NCBI GenBank assembly: GCA_000466585.1
Contig: KE993461.1
Span: 1-46,851 of the forward strand
DNA from: Clostridiales bacterium oral taxon 876 str. F0540
Lineage (GTDB): Bacteria > Bacillota > Clostridia > Clostridiales > Clostridiaceae
Length of the DNA: 46,851 bases
Direction: 5' to 3'
Position 1 is the stretch's first letter. Every line of letters begins with the position of its first letter. The notes beneath the pieces were generated by a model, which saw only the letters and a program-made list of their open reading frames with translations, did no database searches and was not told the DNA's origin. The position numbers were made by a program, and so were the translations under genes. This document shows positions 1 through 9,802 of this stretch, piece after piece.

Positions 1-239
1 ACTATAAAAATTTTTAAATATATAAATATTTACTTCAACCATGCTGCTTTGCAGTAATTTGCGTTCTACAATATCAAAGAACATGTTTATATCAACACTA
101 TTATTAAAACAGCACCTAAATTTTAAAAAAGCACAGGTTAAATATCAACCTATGCTTTTTTAAAAGGAGTATTAAATTGTCAAGTCTTAGTCCCACATTA
201 GTTAATATAACCAGTATAAAAAATAATATACTGTTTATT

Positions 240-503
240 TCACATTTTATATAAAAGCCATTCTCCGGTTTCATGGTTATATCTTAAATCATATAATTTT
301 CTGGAATTATCGATTAATACCTCACAGGTAAAAGTAGTTATGTACTCTCCATCAATCTTTTCCTTATCTCGTCTTATTATTCTTTGAATTTTTATAAATT
401 CATTTGTATCTTCTGAACTTATCCTATAAAATCGTATTGGTTTAATTTCTCTTGCAGAGTCATACACCGCAACTACTTCTATAGGTAAATTTAATATTGC
501 CAT
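240..503 (-). CDS. Hypothetical small protein of about 87 aa. The start is set at the internal ATG (MAILNL...), which follows an AAAGGAGAG RBS.
   Basis: The ORF has an RBS, but I recognise no domain. It lies at the window edge, next to AT-rich sequence. Confidence 0.35.
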   Translation of the reverse strand: MAILNLPIEVVAVYDSAREIKPIRFYRISSEDTNEFIKIQRIIRRDKEKIDGEYITTFTCEVLIDNSRKLYDLRYNHETGEWLLYKM

Positions 504-640
504 AAACACTCTCCTTTGCATGTATAATTAGCCTACTATTATTATACATATTTTATAACTGATATTTCAATTTAAGTATTATTTTATAATAACTTTTTTA
601 AAAAATTAGAGCCGGATAATAGCTCCGGCCCTAATTTGAA

Positions 641-1114
641 TTAATCTTCTTTTTCTTCTTTATTTTCTTGTTTTATATCCTTATGGTCCTTATCTTTATG
701 GTCCTTAAATTCTCCATCCCATTTTGAAATCTTCTCTTTCATATTGGTTTTTATTTCTTCACCTTTTTCTTTGGTTATCTTGCCTTCTTTTACTTTCTCA
801 TCAATTGCTGCAGTTTTATTTTTTATTATCATATCTTTTGCCTGCTGTTCATTAAATCCCTTTTGTTTAGCAAGCTCAAAAAAGTTTTTACCGGATTGTC
901 TTGCTTCCTTCATTTCTTCCTTAGTAATACCCATTTCTTTAGCGGCCCTAAACATGCCTCCATGGTGTCCGCTCTTTTCCTTTTGCTCTTTCATTTCAAC
1001 CTTTTTCTCCGGCTGGCTTGGCATATCCGCTGCTGGTAATACTGCTGCATGTACGCTGACTCCTGTGCTTACAGAAACTGCAACCAGTAAGGCAGCTAAG
1101 CTCTTTAGTTTCAT
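641..1114 (-). CDS. Secreted Lys/Glu-rich protein with an N-terminal signal peptide and His-containing motifs (SGHHGG, DHKDKDHKD); DUF2680-like.
   Basis: There is a hydrophobic signal sequence (MKLKSLAALLVAVSVSTGVSVHA), the composition is strongly charged, and a GGAGG RBS lies 7 nt upstream. Confidence 0.55.
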   Translation of the reverse strand: MKLKSLAALLVAVSVSTGVSVHAAVLPAADMPSQPEKKVEMKEQKEKSGHHGGMFRAAKEMGITKEEMKEARQSGKNFFELAKQKGFNEQQAKDMIIKNKTAAIDEKVKEGKITKEKGEEIKTNMKEKISKWDGEFKDHKDKDHKDIKQENKEEKED

Positions 1115-1120
1115 GTAGAT

Positions 1121-1296
1121 TCCTCCTTTTAGTCGGAAGCACTGAGTAATTTAATACTCTCGCTCCGCTCAAAAATTACTCGTTAAAGGTCATTTAGACC
1201 TTTAACCTCCTTTTAGTCGGAAGCACTGAGTAATTAAAGATTACTCGCTTCCGCTCGCTAATTGCCGTAAAAGTCACATTTAGGACTTTAGCCTCA
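1121..1296 (-). repeat. Two tandem units of a dispersed 5'-leader repeat, read on the minus strand. Each unit ends ...CAGTGCTTCCGACTAAAAGGAGG, and the proximal unit supplies the RBS of the 641-1114 gene.
   Basis: The two units are near-identical direct repeats of about 85 nt (TTTTAGTCGGAAGCACTGAGTAATT...). They contain a hairpin GGTCTAAATGACC or GTCCTAAATGTGAC plus AGCGAG motifs, and they are homologous to 20137-20340 and 42536-42617. Confidence 0.6.
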
Positions 1297-1328
1297 TAAA
1301 AAACATACATAGTATTATCTACAAATGA

Positions 1329-1763
1329 TTAAATTATGTATAGGAATAATAAAAAAATCCAAAATACATGCAGTAAATTAATAATAAAATAAGCTATCAT
1401 GCATATATTTATTAAAATATTTCCCAAAAACAGCTGTTTCTCACTAGCATCTTTTAATCTTATATATAAAAATGCTAAAAGAATAAAAGGAATTCCTATT
1501 TTTATTATTAAACTTAAAGCTTCATTTTGTACTATATTTTTCATTAATATATTAGCTTCAAGAAATGCTCCGGATTTGAGAAGAATTAAGGTAAATATTA
1601 TATCTGTAATATTAAAAAAATAAATTATTATAAATTTAATTTTTATATTTTCAAGGCTATAACCTCTTAGTAAACCTAGCACATGCCCACCTCTTATACT
1701 ATTAAAATCATATAAATCTATTAATATATTATATTGTGGACATGTTTTATTAATTATAAACAT
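1329..1763 (-). CDS. Hypothetical integral membrane protein (3-4 TM segments).
   Basis: The ORF is hydrophobic (LLAFLYIRL, FWIFLLFLYII). I see no confident family match. Confidence 0.35.
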   Translation of the reverse strand: MFIINKTCPQYNILIDLYDFNSIRGGHVLGLLRGYSLENIKIKFIIIYFFNITDIIFTLILLKSGAFLEANILMKNIVQNEALSLIIKIGIPFILLAFLYIRLKDASEKQLFLGNILINICMIAYFIINLLHVFWIFLLFLYII

Positions 1764-1838
1764 GAAAAGAAACTATAGAAATTTCACAATAAATTTCTAT
1801 AGTTTCCCATTATTTATATGTAGTATATTTTTTCTGCA

Positions 1839-2828
1839 CTAAGAAACTATATTCTCAATTCTATCAAGCTCTTCCTTAGTAAAACTTAAATTCTTAAGAC
1901 AGCCGATATTATCCTCTAGTTGTTCCACTCTGCTTGCTCCAATTAAAGCTGAAGCTATAACTTTTTTTCTTAATACCCATGCTAAAGCCATTTCAGCTAA
2001 AGTTTGATTTCTTTCTTTTGCTATTTCATTAAGCTCCTTTACTTTCTGGAGCTTATCTTCTGTTATGTCTTCTTTCTTTAAGAATATGGAGTTACCTGCT
2101 GCTCTTGAATTTTGAGGTATTCCATTTATATATTTGTTAGTGAGAACTCCTTGGTATAGAGGTTTAAATACTATTGTTCCTATTCCTTCCTGCTCCAGCA
2201 AATCTAAAAGACCTTCCTCTGCCTTTCTGTCAAACATTGAGTAAGGAGTTTGATGAATAACAAATGGAGTTCCTAAGCTTTTAAACATCTCAATTGCCTG
2301 TTTTGTTTGTTCAGCACTATATTTTGAAATGCCTATATATAAAGCCTTGCCTTGCTTTACAAATAAATCCAAGGTTCTTATAGTTTCCTCCAATGGAGTA
2401 TTGGGATCCGGTCTGTGATGATAAAAAATATCTATATAATCCAGACCTATTCTCTTTAAGCTTTGGTCAAGACTTGCTGTTAAATGCTTTTTTGATCCCC
2501 AATCTCCATATGGCCCGGGCCACATTAAATGACCTGCTTTTGTAGATATAATTATCTCATCTCTATAGCTTTCAAAATCCTGCTTTAATATTTTACCGAA
2601 GTTTTCTTCTGCTGCACCTGCTGGAGGACCATAGTTATTTGCAAGATCAAAATGTGTTATACCTAAGTCAAAGGCCTTTCTTATCAAAGCCTTTTCATTA
2701 TCAAAAGAGTCCTCAATTCCGAAATTGTGCCATAAACCTAAGGATATAGCCGGCAGCATCAGCCCGCTTTTTCCGCATCTATTGTATATCATTGAATCAT
2801 ATCTTGTTTTATCCGGTGCATACCTCAT
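1839..2828 (-). CDS. Aldo/keto reductase of the YghZ/Gpr (L-glyceraldehyde-3-phosphate reductase) family.
   Basis: The N-terminus MRYAPDKTRYDSMIYNRCGKSGLMLPAISLGLWHNFG and the AKR catalytic-tetrad context are present. The start is placed at the ATG after a GAAGGG RBS; the ORF track extends it to an upstream GTG. Confidence 0.8.
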   Translation of the reverse strand: MRYAPDKTRYDSMIYNRCGKSGLMLPAISLGLWHNFGIEDSFDNEKALIRKAFDLGITHFDLANNYGPPAGAAEENFGKILKQDFESYRDEIIISTKAGHLMWPGPYGDWGSKKHLTASLDQSLKRIGLDYIDIFYHHRPDPNTPLEETIRTLDLFVKQGKALYIGISKYSAEQTKQAIEMFKSLGTPFVIHQTPYSMFDRKAEEGLLDLLEQEGIGTIVFKPLYQGVLTNKYINGIPQNSRAAGNSIFLKKEDITEDKLQKVKELNEIAKERNQTLAEMALAWVLRKKVIASALIGASRVEQLEDNIGCLKNLSFTKEELDRIENIVS

Positions 2829-2938
2829 TGTTGTCCCTTCTTTCACAAATTTATGTTATTAATATTATAGCATTAAATTAAATAAAAAATCAGGACTCCC
2901 TAAGTTCTAGGAAGTCCATGATAAAATCATCTATTAAA

Positions 2939-4588
2939 TTATGCGCCCATAAACATTTTCATGTCATCTTCAACATTTGTTATTCCGCCGATACCAAAGT
3001 TTTCAACTAAAACCTTAGTAACGTTTGGAGATAAGAAACCTGGTAGTGTTGGTCCTAAGTGAATATTCTTAACACCTAAGTGTAATAAAGCAAGCAGTAC
3101 TATAACAGCCTTTTGCTCATACCAAGCAATGTTGTAGGAAATCGGTAATTCATTTACGTTTTCTAAACCGAATACTTCTTTAAGCTTAAGAGCTATAACA
3201 GCTAGTGAGTAAGAGTCGTTACATTGTCCGGCATCTAGTACTCTTGGAATACCGTTAATATCTCCCAAATCTAACTTGTTGTATTTATATTTAGCACAGC
3301 CTGCTGTTAATATTACTGTATCCTTTGGAAGTGCCTCAGCAAAATCTGTGTAGTAGTTTCTGCTCTTCATTCTTCCATCGCAGCCTGCCATTACGAAGAA
3401 TCTCTTTATAGCACCGGTTTTAACTGCTTCTACAACTTGATCAGCAAGAGCTAAAACTTGAGCATGAGCAAATCCACCTACGATTTCTCCCTTTTCTATT
3501 TCTGTTGGAGCAGGAAGTGTCTTTGCAAGTGCAATTAATTCTGAGAAGTCCTTTGTTCCATCTTCTTTCTTCTCTATATGCTTAACGCCTTCAACACCTG
3601 TTGCACCGGTTGTAAACATTCTATCCTTGTAGGAAGCTTTTGGAGGTACTATACAGTTAGTTGTCATTAAGATAACTCCGTTGAAGCTTTCAAATTCCTT
3701 ATCCTGCAGCCACCAAGCATTTCCGTAGTTTCCTGCAAAGTGTGAATACTTCTTGAATGCCGGATAGTAGTGAGCTGGAAGCATTTCGGAGTGAGTATAT
3801 ATGTCTACTCCTGTTCCTTCTGTCTGAGCCAATAGTAATTCTAAATCCTTTAAGTCGTGTCCGCTTACAAGTATTCCAGGATTGTTTCTAACTCCTATAT
3901 TTACCTTTGTTACTTCAGGATTCCCATAAGCTGTTGTATTTGCTTTATCAAGTAACGCCATAGCATCTACACCAAACTTACCGCACTCTAAAACTATTCC
4001 TACATAATCATTTACGCCCAAAGTATCATCAGTTGTTGCTGCAAGACCTCGTTGCATAAATTCAAATACTCCTTGATCAGCAAAGCCTAAATTGTTTGCA
4101 TGCTCAGCATAAGCAGCCATACCCTTTAAACCATAAGTTAATAGTTCTCTTAAGCTTCTTATGTCTTCATCTTTAGTTTGAAGAATGCTTACGTCTCCTG
4201 ACTCTGATTTAGCTTCTAATTCAGCATCAGTTGAACCTGTCCAAGTTAGACCTTCATAATTGCTTTCTATGTTTCCGCCAGCATTTTTAACTGCTGCTAT
4301 TATTTCATCTCTAAGTCTAAGACCTTCTCTAATTGAATTATAGAATCTGGCCTTATCCCAGTTAGCATTTGTTATAGTCATGAATAATCCGTCAAATACG
4401 AATTTATCAGTTTCTGCTTTATTAACGCCAAGCTCTCTGGCCTTTACGTTAGCAACAGATATTCCCTTAACAACATACATTAATAAATCCTGTAAATTAG
4501 CAAGATCTGAAGTCTTACCGCAAACCCCTCTTAATGTACAGCCTTTTCCTCCAGCTGTTTCCTGACATTGATAACAAAACATACTCAT
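2939..4588 (-). CDS. hcp: Hydroxylamine reductase / hybrid-cluster protein.
   Basis: The N-terminal Cys cluster [23 protein letters not shown] is present, the length (549 aa) fits, and Hcp motifs are conserved throughout. Confidence 0.9.
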   Translation of the reverse strand: MSMFCYQCQETAGGKGCTLRGVCGKTSDLANLQDLLMYVVKGISVANVKARELGVNKAETDKFVFDGLFMTITNANWDKARFYNSIREGLRLRDEIIAAVKNAGGNIESNYEGLTWTGSTDAELEAKSESGDVSILQTKDEDIRSLRELLTYGLKGMAAYAEHANNLGFADQGVFEFMQRGLAATTDDTLGVNDYVGIVLECGKFGVDAMALLDKANTTAYGNPEVTKVNIGVRNNPGILVSGHDLKDLELLLAQTEGTGVDIYTHSEMLPAHYYPAFKKYSHFAGNYGNAWWLQDKEFESFNGVILMTTNCIVPPKASYKDRMFTTGATGVEGVKHIEKKEDGTKDFSELIALAKTLPAPTEIEKGEIVGGFAHAQVLALADQVVEAVKTGAIKRFFVMAGCDGRMKSRNYYTDFAEALPKDTVILTAGCAKYKYNKLDLGDINGIPRVLDAGQCNDSYSLAVIALKLKEVFGLENVNELPISYNIAWYEQKAVIVLLALLHLGVKNIHLGPTLPGFLSPNVTKVLVENFGIGGITNVEDDMKMFMGA

Positions 4589-4817
4589 TACTAAAAACCC
4601 TCCCTGTATATCTATATATTAATAAGTCTTCTAGGTCGTCTTTGTTTTTCATTTCTTACAGGATCTATATTACTAAAATAACTCATATAAAGCTGTAACA
4701 TATATCACGGATTTTAAAAAATATTATAATATTTTAAGAGAGTTATCTTGGTGAGCAAAGTCAAGCTTAAATCATAAAATATATATTACAGCCTAATAAT
4801 ATTGAGGAGATTATATA

Positions 4818-5348
4818 ATGTATATTTTAAATCCCTATGAAGATACTCACCTATACAGACAAGGTTCTTATTCCAGAAGTGCGGCAGTAAATTATGCAGT
4901 AACCTATGCTTTAAAGCCTAATCCCGCCTACAGATACTTTCCGATAGTTAACGACAGCAGCGGAGATTGTGCTAATTTTATTTCCCAATGTCTTCATGCC
5001 GGCGGTGCTCCCATGACTTACAATCCAAAATACAGCTGGTTTTACAATAATAATAAATGGTCCTTATCCTGGACAGTTGCACATTCTCTTTATTGGTATC
5101 TAAAGATTAATCAGGCTAATAAATACCCTGCTGTAAAAGGCTTGGAAGTTTCAAATGCATCTATGCTTGAACTGGGCGATTTAATTCTTTTCGAAGACAA
5201 TAAAGGACTTATCTTTCACTCTGCCATTGTCACAGGTTTTTCAGGCAGCGTTCCTTTAGTGTCACATCATTCTTACGAAGCCCTAAATATTCCATATACC
5301 CGTTCCTGGGGTGCGTCAAAGTATCACTTCCTCAAGATAAGTATATAA
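4818..5348 (+). CDS. Putative amidase-domain protein (CHAP/NlpC-like, 'putative amidase domain' family).
   Basis: The GAGGAG RBS is followed by a Cys-containing motif SGDCANFISQCLHAGG that is typical of this family. Confidence 0.55.
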   Translation: MYILNPYEDTHLYRQGSYSRSAAVNYAVTYALKPNPAYRYFPIVNDSSGDCANFISQCLHAGGAPMTYNPKYSWFYNNNKWSLSWTVAHSLYWYLKINQANKYPAVKGLEVSNASMLELGDLILFEDNKGLIFHSAIVTGFSGSVPLVSHHSYEALNIPYTRSWGASKYHFLKISI

Positions 5349-5353
5349 ATGTT

Positions 5354-5392
5354 AAAAGCCATGAAAAACTTGAAGTTCTTCATGGCTTTTAA
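5354..5392 (+). terminator. Rho-independent terminator with an 11-bp perfect stem (AAAGCCATGAA/TTCATGGCTTT) followed by a T-run.
   Basis: The inverted repeat is visible in the sequence. Confidence 0.7.
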
Positions 5393-5408
5393 CAATAGTG
5401 CAAATTAA

Positions 5409-5645
5409 TTATATACATTTAACACTATGGGTTCTAAATTCATTATTCTTTAAAAAGGCAGCAGACAATATATTTTCTTTTCTAAACCCCCTGTTTTCTT
5501 TCCTTAAGTAACAATATGCCTTAATTCTGTCTCCTGTTAATTCCAATACTCTTATGTTTCTCATCGTAATCTCATTACCCTTTAAATACACTATAGTTAT
5601 TATTAAATTCCTCTCTAGTGAAGCCTTTAAAATATGTTCAAACAT
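5409..5645 (-). CDS. Small WYL-like domain protein of about 78 aa.
   Basis: The motif AYCYLRKENRGFRKENI resembles the WYL-domain core (WYL...RxFRLDRI). The start is set at the ATG after GAAGGTGGG. Confidence 0.35.
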   Translation of the reverse strand: MFEHILKASLERNLIITIVYLKGNEITMRNIRVLELTGDRIKAYCYLRKENRGFRKENILSAAFLKNNEFRTHSVKCI

Positions 5646-5802
5646 ATTACCCACCTTCTTTCTACATAAATTTCAAAGTAAATCTGCTATTTGAGTTTCG
5701 CAAAACCTGAAGAAGCATCAGAGTTTTACTCGCTCAAATAGCGATTTACTAGTTGAAACTATATATATTATAACTCGAACTTATGTTCGTGTCAATTGTA
5801 TA

Positions 5803-5840
5803 AAAAAAGAAAGCCTCCTTTATTTCGGGCTTTCTTTAGT
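5803..5840 (-). terminator. Terminator of the ComFB gene (stem GAAAGCC/GGCTTTC plus T7).
   Basis: The inverted repeat is followed by a poly-T run on the minus strand. Confidence 0.6.
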
Positions 5841-5843
5841 ATA

Positions 5844-6116
5844 TTAAGCATCATGTTTTGGATACAATTTTACTAATTCAATAGCTCTCATTATTGCTTC
5901 CATAACATCTATTTCGAGCTGTTTTCCTAATTCATCATATCTTCTGTATATTTCTCCGATATCACTTACTATATATTTTGCCGGTAGTCTGTTAAGTGCT
6001 ATTGCCTTAATATCCATAACGCATCTTTCACACTTACAAATAGTGTTTTCTTTAACAAGCATACCTGGCAGTATCTCATCGACCAATATCTCCATATAAT
6101 TTTTTAAATGATACAT
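5844..6116 (-). CDS. ComFB-family (late competence development) protein.
   Basis: The protein is 90 aa, carries the CxC..C pattern (ICKCERCVMD) and has ComFB-like helices. Confidence 0.6.
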   Translation of the reverse strand: MYHLKNYMEILVDEILPGMLVKENTICKCERCVMDIKAIALNRLPAKYIVSDIGEIYRRYDELGKQLEIDVMEAIMRAIELVKLYPKHDA

Positions 6117-6300
6117 AAAATCCCCACCTCAATACTTAATAATTCAATCTATCTACATAAAATATGATACACATAAAAGATTGCATTGTACACAAAAACT
6201 TTGCAACGTGAATAAAGTTTTGTCATTTTATTTCGATAATTTAGTTAATTAGTAAAATATTTCTCAATTACCAATTTGCATAAATACAGAGGAGGAAATC

Positions 6301-8001
6301 ATGGCTGGATTCTTTAAAAATCTTAAAATATCAACTTCTATCTTTATTATTAGTATTCTATCTTTATTATTAATCTTTTTAGTTGGAGGTTTGGGCTTTG
6401 TTAATATAAAAAATATTAATGATAATATGAAAAATATGTACAGTAACAATCTTCAGCCGATAGCCAGACTAGGAGGCATGAGGGCCGACTTCTTAAATAT
6501 AAGAATAGAAGCTTCAAACGCGTTTATGGCATATAACTCAAAAACAGACGATAATATAAGGCAATATATTGATAAGGTTAATGATAGTATTAAACAATAT
6601 CAGCAGTCAAACCTAACAGATTCTGAAAAGCAAACTTTAACTGCATTTGAAGCTAACTTCTCTGAGTATGTTAAGGCCTGGGAAAATATAAATTCTGCCC
6701 TAAAAGATAACGTAAAAGTTTCAAATGATGACAGGGATAATCTTTCGGAACTCGGTGCTTTGGGTGAGGAAAAATTAGTAGCTCTTAAAGATTTTAACGA
6801 AAAGCAGGCTGGACAAGTAAATGCAGCAAGCGATAAAATGTACTCTAATACAAGAGCTGTCATGTTTTACATATTTGCTGCCTGTGTAGTAATCTTTTCT
6901 ATTATCAGCTATTATATTGCATCTGTTATAAAGAAATCTTCAAGCAAACTAATAAATACTATGGACATAATTGCTGATGGAGATTTTACGGTTAAACTTG
7001 AAACTAAAAGCAACAATGAATTCGGTATTATGCAGAAGACTTTATCACGTACAATAGACAATATAGCTTCTATGCTTAAAACAATAAGGGAAAAATCCTT
7101 GTCAATAGACTCACATTCCGAGGATCTGTCTTCAATCTCTGAAGAAATGACTTCTTCCTCTGAAAATGTTGCAACAGCAATAAATGAAGTTGCAAAAGGT
7201 ACTTCCTCTCAAGCTCAAGAGTTAATAAGTACAACTATGATTTTAAATGAATTTGCTATAAAACTTGAAAACATAGTACATTCCATAGAAGAAGTAAACC
7301 TTAGCGCAAAAAATATCAATTCAGTAGCCAATAACAGCACTAGTAATATGCAGATTTTAGCTGAATCAGTTAACAAGGTTATGTCAGCTTTTAACGAGTT
7401 TACAAGTAAAATTTCTATCTTAAGCAAAGATATAAACAAAATAAATGAAATTACTAACTTTATAAACAGTATATCTGAGCAAACAAATCTTTTAGCTTTA
7501 AATGCTGCAATTGAGGCGGCAAGAGCCGGTGAAGCCGGAAAAGGCTTTTCTGTTGTAGCCGATGAAATAAGAAAACTTGCTGAGCAAAGCAAGGATTCTT
7601 CAGAAAGTATAAATTCATTAATTAAAGGAATATCAGGAAATTCAGAGTCAATTATTAAGACATCTGAGGACATGAACACAGAGGTTGAAAATCAAGTTGA
7701 AATAATAAATAACACAATCTCATCCTTTAAAAATATTATAAACTCAATTAATGGAATACTTCCTCAAATTCATGAAGTTAGCTCTTCTGTTGTAAGCATT
7801 AATAATGATAAAAATATAATACTAGAAAAGGTTGAGGAAACTTCCTCAGTAGCTGAAGAGGTTTCTGCCTCTTCTGAAGAAATATCCGCATCTGCAGAAG
7901 AAATGAACAGCTCCTCCGAAGAGGTTGCAGTTTCCGCGCAATTCCTAAGTGAAATGACTAAAGAAATGCTGGAACAAGTTAATAAGTTTAAACTTAGTTA
8001 G
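6301..8001 (+). CDS. Methyl-accepting chemotaxis protein with an N-terminal TM segment, a periplasmic sensor domain, a second TM segment, a HAMP domain and an MA domain.
   Basis: The conserved MCP signalling motif [33 protein letters not shown] is present, and a GAGGAGG RBS lies upstream. Confidence 0.9.
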   Translation: MAGFFKNLKISTSIFIISILSLLLIFLVGGLGFVNIKNINDNMKNMYSNNLQPIARLGGMRADFLNIRIEASNAFMAYNSKTDDNIRQYIDKVNDSIKQYQQSNLTDSEKQTLTAFEANFSEYVKAWENINSALKDNVKVSNDDRDNLSELGALGEEKLVALKDFNEKQAGQVNAASDKMYSNTRAVMFYIFAACVVIFSIISYYIASVIKKSSSKLINTMDIIADGDFTVKLETKSNNEFGIMQKTLSRTIDNIASMLKTIREKSLSIDSHSEDLSSISEEMTSSSENVATAINEVAKGTSSQAQELISTTMILNEFAIKLENIVHSIEEVNLSAKNINSVANNSTSNMQILAESVNKVMSAFNEFTSKISILSKDINKINEITNFINSISEQTNLLALNAAIEAARAGEAGKGFSVVADEIRKLAEQSKDSSESINSLIKGISGNSESIIKTSEDMNTEVENQVEIINNTISSFKNIINSINGILPQIHEVSSSVVSINNDKNIILEKVEETSSVAEEVSASSEEISASAEEMNSSSEEVAVSAQFLSEMTKEMLEQVNKFKLS

Positions 8002-8062
8002 ATTAATTTCGCAAATTTATAAAGGCTGTGCATCTTTTAAACTTATGCACAGCCCTTTATAT

Positions 8063-8596
8063 TTATTTCAGCTTGACCTGCCACAATCTCAAGAGCTTGA
8101 TTATCTCCTGTTTGATACTATCCTTATTATTATCATTAACTTTAAATATATATATATCCTCACGGCTTTTTATTGTATCAATATACAGGCAAGGAACATC
8201 CTTCAATGCTGCAATAACAAGCTTTTTACTGTCTAATATTTTTTTCACTTCACCGGTAAAAGCTTCTGCCTTTGACTCTAGAAAACCTATTTCATTCATA
8301 ATGATTACATCTGAATAATTAAAGCTTTTAGTAAGCATCTCCACGCCCTTAGTGTTAAAAACCTCAATGTTTAATTTAGAGAACCCTGTTGAGTCATCCT
8401 TTCTGAAAAACACATTATTTCTGTCTTCCTCATAAAGAGATGTTAAATCAAAAATTCTTATATCCTTATTTTCACTATCTCTTGTTATATCTACCCAATA
8501 CCCTCCGATGCTGCAATCTAATAGAGCCATTATTTCTGATAGAAGCTCCGAGGACTTGCTGGTGCGCCTCCCGCCAATGATTAAAATATTATTCAT
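8063..8596 (-). CDS. THEP1-like (COG1618) NTPase with a degenerate Walker A motif. It overlaps the upstream cysteine desulfurase gene by 8 nt.
   Basis: The layout matches THEP1: IIGGRRTSKSS replaces GxPGxGKT(T), and IIMNEIGFLE corresponds to Walker B with the IDEIGKME motif. A strong AAGAGGTGA RBS precedes MNNILII. Confidence 0.5.
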   Translation of the reverse strand: MNNILIIGGRRTSKSSELLSEIMALLDCSIGGYWVDITRDSENKDIRIFDLTSLYEEDRNNVFFRKDDSTGFSKLNIEVFNTKGVEMLTKSFNYSDVIIMNEIGFLESKAEAFTGEVKKILDSKKLVIAALKDVPCLYIDTIKSREDIYIFKVNDNNKDSIKQEIIKLLRLWQVKLK

Positions 8597-9734
8597 TGGA
8601 AGCTTCACCTCTTAACTTTTCTAAGCACTTTCCCATATGGTACACAAGTAAATCTATATCTTCGAAACTATTTTCCTCACTAAAGCTAATTCTAAGACCG
8701 CCCATTATTTCCTCGGGTCTTAATCCTATAGACTTTAAAACATGGCTGTCTTTTAGATTTCTTGAAGAGCAGGCTGAACTCTTAGATATATATATTTCTT
8801 TGTCATTTAAATAGAACAGTACCTTTCCTGATCTGATTCCTACTATCGAAATACTAACGATGTACGGAAGAAAGTCATCATCAGTTCTGCAATTAATTTT
8901 TACCCCATTAATATTTTGAAGCTTTTGTACTAAATAATTTTTTAAATTGTGTACTTTTAAATAGTTTTGTTCTATATTTTTGTGTATTTGCTTAGAAGCG
9001 TGTACAAAGCCGGCAATAGCCGGCAGGTTTTCAGTTCCCGATCTAAAGCCAAATTCCTGACCGCCGCCGTTAATCAGAGCTTTCAATGGAGTATTTTCTC
9101 TTATGTATGCTGCTCCAACACCTCGAGGTCCATGAATCTTATGAGCGCTTAAAGAAAGCATGTCTATATTCATTTTATTAACATCAATTTTAAGCTTTCC
9201 ATAGCTCTGTACTGCATCTACATGGAGCTTTATATTTCCATTATACTCCTTAACTGTTTTTCCTATAGCTTCAATATCTTGAATTACACCAATCTCATTA
9301 TTTACATGCATAGTACTAACTAGCTTGGTACTTGGCTTCAGCGCTGACTTTAACTCATCAATATTGATTCTTCCATATTCATCAACTTTTAGATAAGTTA
9401 CTTCTATACCCTTATCTTGTAATTGTTCAGCTGAATTTAATATACTGGAGTGCTCAATGCAAGTAGTAATTAGGTGATCCCCTTTGTTTAGAAAGCCTTT
9501 AAGCAAAAGATTATTGCTTTCACTTCCTCCTGAAGTAAATATTATTTCCTGAGGCTTGGCATTTATAGTTGAAGCTATGCATTCTCTGCTTTCATTAAGA
9601 TACTTTTTAGCCTTTTCACCAAGTGAATGTATAGATGAAGGATTTCCATAGAAGTCAATCATACATTTTGAAACCGTATACACTACATTACTATAAGGTT
9701 TTGTAGTAGCACTATTGTCTAAATATATCTCCAT
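8589..9734 (-). CDS. Cysteine desulfurase of the NifS/IscS family (class V aminotransferase).
   Basis: A PLP-lysine motif (SLSAHKIHGPRGVGAAYI) and a catalytic Cys loop (SSACSS) are present, and an AGAGGGA RBS lies upstream. Confidence 0.85.
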   Translation of the reverse strand: MEIYLDNSATTKPYSNVVYTVSKCMIDFYGNPSSIHSLGEKAKKYLNESRECIASTINAKPQEIIFTSGGSESNNLLLKGFLNKGDHLITTCIEHSSILNSAEQLQDKGIEVTYLKVDEYGRINIDELKSALKPSTKLVSTMHVNNEIGVIQDIEAIGKTVKEYNGNIKLHVDAVQSYGKLKIDVNKMNIDMLSLSAHKIHGPRGVGAAYIRENTPLKALINGGGQEFGFRSGTENLPAIAGFVHASKQIHKNIEQNYLKVHNLKNYLVQKLQNINGVKINCRTDDDFLPYIVSISIVGIRSGKVLFYLNDKEIYISKSSACSSRNLKDSHVLKSIGLRPEEIMGGLRISFSEENSFEDIDLLVYHMGKCLEKLRGEASNE

Positions 9735-9802
9735 AACTTATCCCTCTTTCTTAGGTTATTACTAAAATATATTAGACAATAGTTCTCTATATTAATAAAT
9801 CT

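Noticed and set aside
744-1118. A plus-strand 124-aa ORF lies antisense to the secreted K/E-rich gene.
   Set aside because: It is a shadow ORF fully inside a better-supported minus-strand CDS. It has no RBS and a low-complexity hydrophobic translation.
4589-4817. A possible HcpR/NsrR operator upstream of hcp (TGTAACATATATCACG).
   Set aside because: The half-sites are not properly palindromic, and I cannot match the sequence confidently to a known consensus.
7215-7679. A minus-strand 154-aa ORF lies inside the MCP gene. The same applies to 6600-6863, 26445-26945, 40889-41395, 12159-13055, 15622-16103, 21968-22374, 23319-24234 and 32769-33400.
   Set aside because: All are antisense or overlapping ORFs within strongly supported CDSs. 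They are typical AT-rich shadow frames with no RBS and no recognisable domain.
8028-8318. Two small plus-strand ORFs (8028-8318 and 8045-8236).
   Set aside because: They overlap the THEP1-like minus-strand gene and the MCP terminator region, and have no translation signals.
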